DNA of 64,000 nucleotides from a virus (Duplodnaviria > Caudoviricetes): the IMG/VR virus record IMGVR_UViG_3300032280_000320, positions 32,001 to 96,000 of that record, one strand, 5' to 3'. The notes below the pieces were generated by a model that had not been told where the DNA came from, searched no databases, and saw only the letters and a list, made by a program, of their open reading frames with translations. Each line of letters begins with the position of its first letter. Position 1 is the first letter of the stretch. Below are positions 17,924 through 28,600 of the stretch, piece after piece. Made by a program: the position numbers and the translations under genes.

Positions 17924-19900
17924 TTATGTTCCTAATGACCTACAGGTGATTTCTGTAGTTAGGCCTTCCTTGTATGTGTGATAAACTCCAGTAATAATAA
18001 ACTTCTCTGTTCCGTCAAGCCCTTGATAAGTATACTTTACGCTTACAATATCTCCAGGAGATAGTAGAGGGTTTCCAAAAACTTCTGCAACCAATATCTT
18101 GCCCCTATTAACTACTACATCTTTAATCCAATAAGCAATTGACTCTACATCATTTTCATTTTGTAGCCACATTGACTGGAATACTATTGGCTCGTCGCTC
18201 TTATAATCATTTTCCTTTACTGTAGAAAACTCTTGATCTGGGGTTTTGTTTATCTGATTACCGAAAACAAATAGGCTATTAGTCTTTGAATCTTCTAGTG
18301 GGACTGTAGTGGAAGAGTTATTTAAAACAAATACATCTGTTCCATATGCCGATGTTTTATTGCCCAGTATCTTTGCTGATTTATTTAAAGATAAAGATAT
18401 GTCAATTGGTTTAGCTGGGCGTTCATCAAATTTGGTACTTAGTCTATAGATCTCTCTCACTGTTGATCCAAACTCTTCCACCGCCCCTGGCTTTTTTTCA
18501 ATTGCATCATCTTCGCTAACAGCGTTATATATAAAATCTCCAAATGATAGGTCTAATATATCATTTGAAAATTGTCCTGAATAAAAGTTTGGAGAATACT
18601 CTGCTTTTTTATACTGCTCTTCAGTTATTGTGTCTGCGTACACATAGTCAAAAAACGCTTTACCAATTGTTGAAAATAAGGCAACACCCTTTTTAGGGCT
18701 TATTGTTCCTGGGAATCTTTTATCATTGCTTACTTTGTCTGTAGCAACAATTCTTTGTCCATTAATAAAACATATTATGGTTGTTTGGGCTGATGTATAT
18801 TTTACCTTTAAATCAATAGAGTATGTTGTACCAGAAATCACTCCTGCAAACATAGAGTTTCTGGTTATCTGTGAGTCATTTAAAACTCTTTGCTCTGATC
18901 CGTCTACCTTTATTATCCTAAATGGTTTTTTATTTGCATCTGATGCATTTGCTTCTGTACTAAGCTGAATGAAGTATCCAGTGCCTCCATTATTGGATAC
19001 AAAAAATCCTAGCCCTGCCGAGTTTCTTCCATTTGAGTTAATCTCTGGATCAAAGTAAATGGTTGTTCCAAAAGAATAGTATCCACTTTGCGGTGTTCCC
19101 ACAACTTCATCTCTGCCGTATGTTGTGACTGGGGGAATTACTGAGTCAAAATCTTTGTATACTATAGAGCTTTCACCTTTTATTTCATTAAAAATTTCTA
19201 AATATGATTTACCAGATGTTTGATTTGCTAAAGATGCAGGTGATATTTTGTCTCTTGCAATTGGAGAATAGTATGAAGTTTTATATTTATTTACCTTCTC
19301 TGCAGGGCCTCTATTGGCAAGTAGTGTTGGGTTTCCCTTATAAGGTATGATGTTAAAGTCATAGTATCTTCCAGAATTTATTCCAGTTATAATTATATCT
19401 TGTATAGCTTTGCCTGTTGTAGCTCTTTCTGTTATAGGAGTTATTCCAGTACCATCAAAAGAAAATGTATCTGCTGTTACTGCTATTACTTTCTTTTTTG
19501 ACACATTAAATCTTTGATATGTATTAGTTATAGTTACATAATCTCCTACTGCAAAATTATGTGCAGTAGCAGTAAATGTAATTAAATTATTTGCACATAC
19601 TAGTTTTGTTACAGCATGTTTATAAAAGATTAATCTTCTAGTTTGGCTTCCTGGCCAAAACTCTGATATGGGCCCGTCTGGAGATGTGCCGTCTGATGAA
19701 AACATTTGATGAGTTACTATATAGCCGTCTGGGTCTATGCCTAGATCAATTTCTTTTACAGAAATATTTATATTTATATTTGAGTTCTCTGCTATTCCAA
19801 GATCTTTATTTGATATCTCGTGTATTGATGATGCATACAATATATCCATACCAATAGCGGTTCCACCGCTTCCATTAATATATGCTTCTGTTAGTCTCAT
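17924..19900 (-). CDS. minor tail protein (tail-tip/hub, C-terminal-type part)
   Basis: Follows TMP/Dit; terminal GNPLLSPGDIVSVKY...FIITGV is typical of tail-tip hub proteins; lectin-like middle region. Confidence 0.65.
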   Translation of the reverse strand: MRLTEAYINGSGGTAIGMDILYASSIHEISNKDLGIAENSNININISVKEIDLGIDPDGYIVTHQMFSSDGTSPDGPISEFWPGSQTRRLIFYKHAVTKLVCANNLITFTATAHNFAVGDYVTITNTYQRFNVSKKKVIAVTADTFSFDGTGITPITERATTGKAIQDIIITGINSGRYYDFNIIPYKGNPTLLANRGPAEKVNKYKTSYYSPIARDKISPASLANQTSGKSYLEIFNEIKGESSIVYKDFDSVIPPVTTYGRDEVVGTPQSGYYSFGTTIYFDPEINSNGRNSAGLGFFVSNNGGTGYFIQLSTEANASDANKKPFRIIKVDGSEQRVLNDSQITRNSMFAGVISGTTYSIDLKVKYTSAQTTIICFINGQRIVATDKVSNDKRFPGTISPKKGVALFSTIGKAFFDYVYADTITEEQYKKAEYSPNFYSGQFSNDILDLSFGDFIYNAVSEDDAIEKKPGAVEEFGSTVREIYRLSTKFDERPAKPIDISLSLNKSAKILGNKTSAYGTDVFVLNNSSTTVPLEDSKTNSLFVFGNQINKTPDQEFSTVKENDYKSDEPIVFQSMWLQNENDVESIAYWIKDVVVNRGKILVAEVFGNPLLSPGDIVSVKYTYQGLDGTEKFIITGVYHTYKEGLTTEITCRSLGT

Positions 19901-22164
19901 ACCCAGGCCACCCTCTTTTGTATCCAGCCTCCAGATTCTATTACATCCATTGGAGTGGCTTTATGGTCTGCTGCTGCTGTTCCAAGTGCGCCACGTGTTT
20001 TAACACGATATCTTCCTGTTGGCTTAAAGTATGCTGTTCCTAAAATGTTATTGATATCAACAAACCCTGGCTTTGACAGGGATACATATTTGTTTACATC
20101 GTTTTGTGATGCTATCCAAACAATATTTTCATCATCATTAAAGTCAATAAATTGATACTCTAATGCATCAAATTCAATTACCTCTGAGTCAATAAGGAAG
20201 TATCCACTGAATGCAAATCCACTTTGATATTGGCTATAAGAATCTCCAACAGTATTATTATTTATTACCAATACGGTATTATCTGCTGGCGTGTCCTTTG
20301 ATATGTCTAGCTTTAGTCCGCCTGCGCTTAAAAATGTTGTTGGTGCTTGGGCAAGCTTTGTCGCATCTCCAGTATATTGTGTTGGCACAATTGAATTCCA
20401 TATAACCTTTACGTTATTTCCAGAAGCAATTTCTTCCTGGCTTAAAGAAATAATGTTTGGCAAAACTGATCCTTCTGGCTTTTCGTAAAAATTCCATACA
20501 GGCGTTGTTTGTGAATATATCTTGTCTCTTGTATAAAACTGCAAAACATTGTTCTGATCAAAAAATGCATTCATCTGTATGTCTCTGCATAGATCTTGAA
20601 GGTGTTCCCAAACTGTTTTTGAATCTGTAGTCCACCAATATCCTATTGTAGGGATTGAAGTATCTTTAATTATTATAGCACCTTTTGCGGATGTTTCTGT
20701 TACCATGTTTATATTATAGTTTGTAAATCCAACTGAGTCTAGGAGTCTTCTAATTATTGCAGTTGCTGAATATGTCTCGCAAAGCATGTCTGGTGCAATT
20801 GATTCCATTAAATACTTTGCGCCATCTAGCGCAACTATGTCTGTCTCGCCAAAATTATTGATTGTCCAGCTATCCATATAATAAGATCCCTGTGGAATTT
20901 TATATTCTGTTGCGCCATCATATATTTTAAAGTGTGGTCTTAGTTCTGCATTTTTAAATGTGTATAAGAAATCAAAATCAGAAGGGCCACCTACAATACT
21001 TGTCCATGGCTTTTCTCTGTTATATGATCTAATCATAACTTGGCTTTGGTTGTAGTTTGCCAGAGACAGAGAAAGTACGTTTGCCGAAAGCTTTCCTACT
21101 GGTAAGATATCACTCGAAGATGAGTTTGATGATTCTTGTGACAAGCTAACTGCTGAGACTAGTGGGCTTATTTCCTTTACCCATCTTGCAGAAATTTCTA
21201 TTAACCCCATAACACTTGTTCCGCCAGGATTTTTTGCAGTTAATGCAATTGATTTTATATACTTTGGGGCTCTGTAAATATTGTCAGTAAAATGAATCCA
21301 GTTTGTATCTGCTTCAGTGGGATATAAGGATACTTCTCCTGATGGGAAATTTGTGCTGAAGTTAGGCATTGTTCCTGACTTTACTGTTCCATCTTTATAG
21401 GTTATGCTAACTGTAACTTCGGATGGTAGTGCATGATTCTTATCAAATCTAATTAATATCTTATTTGCAATTGCTGCTTTTGTTTCTGGTATGGTGGCTA
21501 CTCCAGCAGATGTTAGATAGCCAATCTTACCTATGTTCTTTTCTATAATAAATGAAGTACTTGATGGCACCTCTATAATTTTGCCGTTTGTGTTATATGC
21601 TGTGTCTGACATGCCAGTTATTGTTATTGTATTGCCAGTTACAAATCCATGTGGCACCGTGGTTGTATATTTAACCTTATATCGTGTACCAGTATTTGAT
21701 GCCTCCGCCTTTACAATAGGAACTGTAGTCTGTGAATACTTAATTGTTATTGTTGAGTCTTTGCCTTCTGGTGACAACCAATACTTGTAAAATGTTGAGG
21801 GGCCTGGGTAGTAAACTCTAGGTGTAGATAGATTATAGTATATAGCTTTTGGATCCTTGTATATAAAATTAGTTCCATCCGTTGGTATAACAAAATACTT
21901 AACCCCAGAATTTAATGGGCGGAATGGCTTGATGATAGAATCTACTGGGAAAAGCTTTTTATAGGGGTTAATTGATCCTTGCTTAAATCCATTTATGCCA
22001 GCAGTATATTCTGCATCTGTGTTTGAAGAATAGACTGATATGTTATCTATCATTGTATTCATATTGTATTCTACTTCACAGCCAACTGATATATTGATTG
22101 ATGATCTATTTTTTAATATTCCTGTTACGGCATCTGTTTGTGCCTGTGTTGCAAGAGAAATCAT
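19897..22164 (-). CDS. minor tail protein (tail-tip/hub, N-terminal-type part)
   Basis: Position after the Dit-like gene; TVWEHLQDLCRDIQMNAFFDQNNVLQF hub-like motif. Confidence 0.65.
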   Translation of the reverse strand: MISLATQAQTDAVTGILKNRSSINISVGCEVEYNMNTMIDNISVYSSNTDAEYTAGINGFKQGSINPYKKLFPVDSIIKPFRPLNSGVKYFVIPTDGTNFIYKDPKAIYYNLSTPRVYYPGPSTFYKYWLSPEGKDSTITIKYSQTTVPIVKAEASNTGTRYKVKYTTTVPHGFVTGNTITITGMSDTAYNTNGKIIEVPSSTSFIIEKNIGKIGYLTSAGVATIPETKAAIANKILIRFDKNHALPSEVTVSITYKDGTVKSGTMPNFSTNFPSGEVSLYPTEADTNWIHFTDNIYRAPKYIKSIALTAKNPGGTSVMGLIEISARWVKEISPLVSAVSLSQESSNSSSSDILPVGKLSANVLSLSLANYNQSQVMIRSYNREKPWTSIVGGPSDFDFLYTFKNAELRPHFKIYDGATEYKIPQGSYYMDSWTINNFGETDIVALDGAKYLMESIAPDMLCETYSATAIIRRLLDSVGFTNYNINMVTETSAKGAIIIKDTSIPTIGYWWTTDSKTVWEHLQDLCRDIQMNAFFDQNNVLQFYTRDKIYSQTTPVWNFYEKPEGSVLPNIISLSQEEIASGNNVKVIWNSIVPTQYTGDATKLAQAPTTFLSAGGLKLDISKDTPADNTVLVINNNTVGDSYSQYQSGFAFSGYFLIDSEVIEFDALEYQFIDFNDDENIVWIASQNDVNKYVSLSKPGFVDINNILGTAYFKPTGRYRVKTRGALGTAAADHKATPMDVIESGGWIQKRVAWV

Positions 22165-22640
22165 TATACTTCCTCCAGCGTCATTGATATTGTCCAGAAA
22201 GAATGTAATCCACGCTTTTGTAAGACTGCGGAAAATTCTGTAAACGAGACTGTATATACTTCTCCTGTTAAAGCTGTGTCTTCTGCGGCACCAGACTTTG
22301 CAAAATTTAATAGTATTCTAAATGTGCCCTTGCCTTCTTCGCTTGCATAAAATCTTCTTAGGTCTTCTGCACCAAGGTTTCCGTCTGCCGTATGTGTTCT
22401 TGTTGTGGGTAGCATATTCCAAGACATGCTAAATGTTTTTTTGTCAGCAATAAAAAATTTTCTAAGGGTTCCGTTAGCCATTCTTTGAGTTTGTTGGATT
22501 CTATTTGAGCCTACAGTTATTTCTGATCTATTGTGATCAGATATTTTTAGCCAAGTTAAAGTGGTGCCTGGGACAGTAGCAAGAACATCCTTGCCTTCTA
22601 TTTGTAACCCTACACCTTTAGGTAATTTTGTATAACCCAT
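22164..22640 (-). CDS. distal tail (Dit-like) protein
   Basis: Immediately after the TMP; QRMANGTLRKFFIADKKTFSMSW...ISMTLEEV. Confidence 0.6.
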   Translation of the reverse strand: MGYTKLPKGVGLQIEGKDVLATVPGTTLTWLKISDHNRSEITVGSNRIQQTQRMANGTLRKFFIADKKTFSMSWNMLPTTRTHTADGNLGAEDLRRFYASEEGKGTFRILLNFAKSGAAEDTALTGEVYTVSFTEFSAVLQKRGLHSFWTISMTLEEV

Positions 22641-25600
22641 TATGCTTTAACCTCCAATCCACTTCCTAGTGATCTACTTTCTCCCATAGATTTAACTGAT
22701 ATCTTGCTCATTGTCTTTATAGACTCAACTGTTTTTCTTGTAACCATGTCAGACAGTGCATTTATGTCACCATCATATCCATTAATATTATTTGTAATAT
22801 TATATACGCCTCCACCCATTGTAGCATTATTAGCGTTTGGATTAAAGGGGTTCATATTAGCAGGAACTACTGCTTCATTCTTATGAAGCATGGCAAGCAT
22901 GTTTGCTGGGACGTTATTTATACCAGTTTCAAATCTAGGGATATTGAATTTGCCTCCACTTAAGTATCCCCCAGTTGCACCAGTAATTCTTTTACTTTGA
23001 AGACCCGCAATTTGGGCAAGCTTTGCATCCATTTCTGTACCAGATATAAATCCTCTAGCATATTGATTTATAATAAACTCCTGCATTGCTTTAAGGTCAC
23101 TTGGATTTGGGTAAGTCTTTCCGCTTTCATATTTACCAAAACGTGTCCACATTAAAAGTGCATCTAAAGCTTTTGTTGCTGTGGTGGTTCCAGTATTGGG
23201 AGTACCTACTGAAGTTTTATATTCATTTAAAAGATATGTAAACGGATTGCTTCCAGATCCTTTTGCCAGCATATCTAAGTCACCACTGTTATGGCCTCCA
23301 TCAAATCTTACTCCAAGCTTAGAGGCTACTTCTTGAATTACATCTTGATTTAAAGAATGATGCTCACCGCCGACAGCGTATAAGTATGGCTGATCTATTC
23401 CAATTTGTTTTTTTGCTTTATCTATTGCTATTATCTGTAGGGCTCTTTGGGCACTCATAGGAGTATCAACCTCATAAGAACTTCTTGCTGGCATGTAGAG
23501 ATCTTGATTGCCAAACACTCTTTCATGATTTGGCCTAGCCCTCATAGCGTCGTCTACTTGTGCGGCAGGTCTTAAATTACTATTTTCGTTAATTTCTTTT
23601 AATATTTGATCAAGCTCTGACTGGGAATATTTTTCTTTTGCTAAGTAAAATATTTCTTTTGTTGAAGGGTTTTCTGCCATTATTGGCAGCGGGTCTCCTT
23701 GTTTATATAACCCAAGCTCTGTTAATCTTTTAATATAGGCTGATTCTTCTAAAGGAAATACTGAACTGAGCTGCCCTTCTTTTTTACTATACTTAAATGG
23801 TTTCCCAAATTTTTGTAAGAAAAAGCTGTCGATTGAATGAAGCTGTTCTGGCTTACCGTTATATTTCATTAAATTAGAAAGTGTACTTACTATAAACGGC
23901 TTGTCTGGCTTCCAAGATCCCTGAAAATGAGATTGAACTGCATCATAAATTCCAAAGTGCCTTGATGTTCTAGCAACAGCATAATCAGCAGCTTTATCAG
24001 TTCCAGCAACAGAGCCTTTGGGTCCTACAAACCTATCAAATATTTTAAATCCTGCAGCAGTTTCTAGAAGGTCTCCGCTGGCATCTGCTGTTGGGAACTC
24101 TTCATTAAACACTCTTATCATTGGAATATCGTCTGGTGTTGGTGGAGCATAGGGGTCCATTCCTCTTGCTCTGTAAGCTGCAATCTCTGCTCTAGTTAGA
24201 GGAACTTCTCCACGGAATCCATGGAAACCTCCCTTTACTCCACCAGCACGTTCTGTGGCTGCTGCAATTAATGCGGCTTGCTCTTTGGCATTCTCTGCAT
24301 ATTCTTTTGCTGATCTGGCAAGTATCGGTGACATTGCTTTTGTTTTAGTTCTAATAGCAATATCGTCTTTTGCGCTACCAAGAGTTGCAGAAATCAATTG
24401 AGTAAGTCCTGCTGAATCTAGAGAGGTTGCAAGCTCTGGCATTCTTAGATCTTGGCCCAGCATGCTGATAGGGAGTAGGTCTGTATCTATTTTCCTTAAA
24501 TTTATGCTTCCTGCCGCTAGCATGTTCATTAAAAATTCTCTTACCTGTTTGTCATCCCACTTGTTATTATTCATCTTGTCTAACAAAATTTGAGCTTTTT
24601 TATTTTTTGGATCTTTTTTCAAAATATAAGAAAGTATTCCTTCGGGTGTTGTTGGTATAATATCAGAAACCTGATGATTTGTTAATAGGGAGCCAAGGTT
24701 TTCATTTGTGCCTTGGAAAACAACGGCATCGTTACCAAAAGGCCCTCCTGAATGTAATGGTACTTTATTTCCTTCATGAACTACAAATGGCGGATAATTA
24801 TTATTTGGTTTCATCTGCTCTGCAGTTGCAGTTATTTTTGGTTTTTGAATTACTGAAGCTACTCTATTTTCAACAAATGGCCTTGCTGCACCGATTACTG
24901 CAGCAGTTGCTGCATTTGTTGCAATCTTTGATCCAGATGCTCCAAGGAATGGTATCGAACCCTTTGGCAATAAGTGGCCAAGGTTTGGAATTCCTTTTGC
25001 TGCGCCAAATCCCTCAACTATAGATCTCATAAGTGCATTTCCGTTTGCCCCGCCAACCCTAGCTAAGGCAACATTTATTGCTGCGGTTAGGTATTCTCCT
25101 TTAGCCCAATCCCTGCCATCTTGGTAACGCTGAGCTCCTCCTGCTCCGACAAGGGCGGTGAGTAGAATATTTTGCATTTCGGTATGTATCGGACCACCAG
25201 GATTATTTCCCCCAATGGCTGCTGTCCAGTTTTTACTTGTTGTAAATGTTTCCCATAGAGATGGAGGGTTTTTTACCCATTCACCATTTTCATTTTTATA
25301 ATAGTTGCCATCCTTCTCATAAAATTTGTCGGTTGCTTTAGAGTTTGCTGCAGCTCTTGCTGGACTTAATGCACTCATGCTTGGACCTGAATAAGGTGCT
25401 TTGTAACTGCTTGCCATATGCCCTGGACTCAAATGCTTATGTCCTACTAGTCCGCCTTTATGGAAACCTAGCCCAGATTTAATTTTCTTAAATAGCTTAC
25501 TCCAATTAACAACTGAATGCATGGATCCACCAGATACCATTGTTCCCTGATTGCCAACAATTTCTCCGCCGCCAACCAGCATGCCTCTACTCCAAGAGTA

Positions 25601-28600
25601 TTCATGGTTTTCAGGAATATAATCTGGATAAATTGTTTTATATTTATCTGGTAGGAACAGCTCCGCTCTTCTATTTTTAGCTTTGTTTTCAGAAGTTGTA
25701 TTTGGAACAAGAGGTCTATATTCGCCATATCCTACTGGAGTGAATGCTGTGCCAGGAACAAACTTTGACATATATTCTGCAATAGCATTTGCTCTATTTT
25801 GTGAAAGGATCTTGTTGTCTTTTTCTTTACCTACAGAGTCTGTGTGTCCTTGAACAACTATTGATGCTAGCTTATGCTTAATAAGATCTTTAGCAATTTT
25901 TTGAAGCTCTAGTCTTTGCTCTTTATTTAATGTGTAAGAATTTGTATCAAAATTAGCTGTGATAGGCGGAACTTCAATTTTAACAACCTGCTTATTGGCA
26001 TCTTGCCATGCTTCTATTGGGCCCATTAGTTTTCCGCCTTGTTCGACTCCCTCAGTTGTCGATCCATGCCTATGTCCTACAGGCCCGCCTTTATGTAGCC
26101 TTTGAGCATTTAATTTATCAAAAAAATTAACTCCATATTGCTTTACAGCTTTTTCTTTAATTACATATTCACCATTTGAAAGCATGGCTGGAATAGAATC
26201 AGATGTTCCAGTTCCTGGACCAGATACTTTTCCTCCTGGCTCAAAATACTTTACCTTACCGCCCTTATTATATGAAACTACTTTTTTATCCCAAGGATTG
26301 CTAGCGTAATTTTCGCTTGCCCATCTACCAATTATTTTTCCATTTTTATCGGTTACTCTACCATCTGCTGTGTAGGTATATCCAGTTTTTGGATCAATAT
26401 AATCTTTAAATTTATTACGACCATCTTCTTCTCTGATAGTAGTTCCACGTTTAGTTGGATCTGGGTGCTTAAATGATTTATACTGGGCTCCTCCTGGAGT
26501 ATCCTCTGCAGGTTTAGGCATAAAGAATCTTTCACTTTCTTTATAAACTTTACCAGATGAATCTATGTACTGTCCAGTTTTCTTATCAAAAGTTAATTTT
26601 ATTGGTGCTCCCTTTGCATTAGCAAAGGCATTAGCTTCTCCTACTTCTGGTAATCCTAGTAGCTTTTTGACATACATTCCAAATGAATCTACGTGTTCTC
26701 CAAAGCCATCAAAATATTTTTCTGCATATTCTACAGCTGAGTTACTTGCTCCACCAGGATCATTAGTTATCTTTTTTAGATATGTGAGCCAATCAGCTGA
26801 ACCAGGCTGCTGGAAACTTAATCCCTTTGGACCAGTAACTGTTTTTCCTGCTGTTATTGGAACACCAGCTGTAACTGTTTTTGCTGCAGCCGCACCTTCT
26901 GAATTTATTGCAGCTAACGCTGCTACGTCTGATTGTAGTGCTTTTGCCAAGGTGCCTAGAACACCCTCATCTGTTGTCATTCCAGCTTTTGATATAGTAG
27001 TTGCAATACTTTGCTGTAGGGCCTGTATTGATGCATATTCTTTTTGCTTAATGTTAGCAATTTCTTGTAGCTTGTTTGCTTTCTCTTGAAGCTTAATAAG
27101 TCTCTCTTGAACTGCAGCTTTTGCTTCTTCAAGCTTTTTAACTTCTGCATCTCTTTTATCTTGGATTGCATCTATTGATAATGTTTTTTGTCTTTCGTTT
27201 GTTAGACTTTGTATATTAAGCTGTGACTGCGCTGCACGTGACATATCTCCAGCTAACAATGCTTGCTGGTAATTTAGTTGCTCTTTTTGTACCTCTGTTA
27301 AATAATCTTGCTTTTCTGCTTGATCTTCAATAGCACGTATTCTTGCATCTGCTTCTTCGTTGATTTTTTCTATCTTTTTGTCGAGAGCCTTTATCTCTGC
27401 ATCTGCATTCTTTTGAGCATTCTTTGTTGCATCGTCTGAGGCTTTCTTTGCTTTATCGTATGCAAGTTTTGCTGCTGTTCCATAATCTGCAATTGCATCA
27501 ATTGGGTTATTTAATAAGTTAGCATTTGTAGTCATTTCAGATGCAGCTTGTGAAATTGCTGTCACTACCTGTAGCAAATCTTGTGCTTCTTGTCCGCTTA
27601 ACCCTGATAGATTAGCAGTTACGCCATTTGTATAAAGCTGTATTTTTGCCCATGCATCAACCATACTGTCATTTGAATTAAGTATATCTTTGTATAAAGG
27701 ATTTTCTTTTACAAGAAGATTTAATATGTCATCGCCAATATCTTTTTGATTATTCTTATTTGCATTCATTTGCTCTATTGTGTCATTTAGAGCTTCTGTC
27801 TGTGTCTTTGCTTTTCCAGTCTCATCTTTTATTCCAACTAGGCTTTGGTAGTATAGCTGTATTGCATCTAGCCCGCCGCTAAATGAGGCTGCTATTTCTT
27901 TTTTGTCTACGTCTGCGCCTTCAATTGATTTAACAAATGTCTCTATTGCTACTCTTGCTGCGGATGCTCTGTCTACTACTCTTAAAAATTCTGATGAGGA
28001 TACAGCTGCCGTTGCCTGAGCAGCTTTATTTGAAACAGATATAATGCTGTAAATTTCTTTTGCAGCTTCTTGTGCTGATTTTCCTGCTGCAACTAGCTGA
28101 ACCTTGAGTGCTGTTGCTGCTTTTGTAACGTCATTTTCATCAAGGTTATTAAACATCTGTACGATGTCACCTTGTGTTTCTTTAGCTTTCTTTTGTAGAG
28201 CATTAAGTTCTTTTACAGACATATTGATTCCGCCGCCTATAGCGGTAGATCCAGCAGCCTTAATCTTTGCTAACTCTCCCTGTGCCTTTGCAGCTTCTGT
28301 TGCTTTTTTAATTTTGTCTGTCAGGCTTGTGTATGTTATGCCAAGTTGTTTTGCTTGTATTTCATTTACATCTAATGCTTCTTGAGAAGCAAGTCTTGCT
28401 TTTCTTGCATTCTCCCATGCTCCATAAGAGACTGTTGCAAGTGTTGTTAATGCAAATATTGCAACCTTACCCCAACCAGGAATTGCTTTGCCAGCAGCAT
28501 TAAGCTTTCCTAAAGTTTGACCAAACTTGCCAACGTTTCTTTCTGCTGCAACAGCTGCCGTTGCTTCTCCTACAGCACCTCCTGCTTTGGCGGCTTTAGC

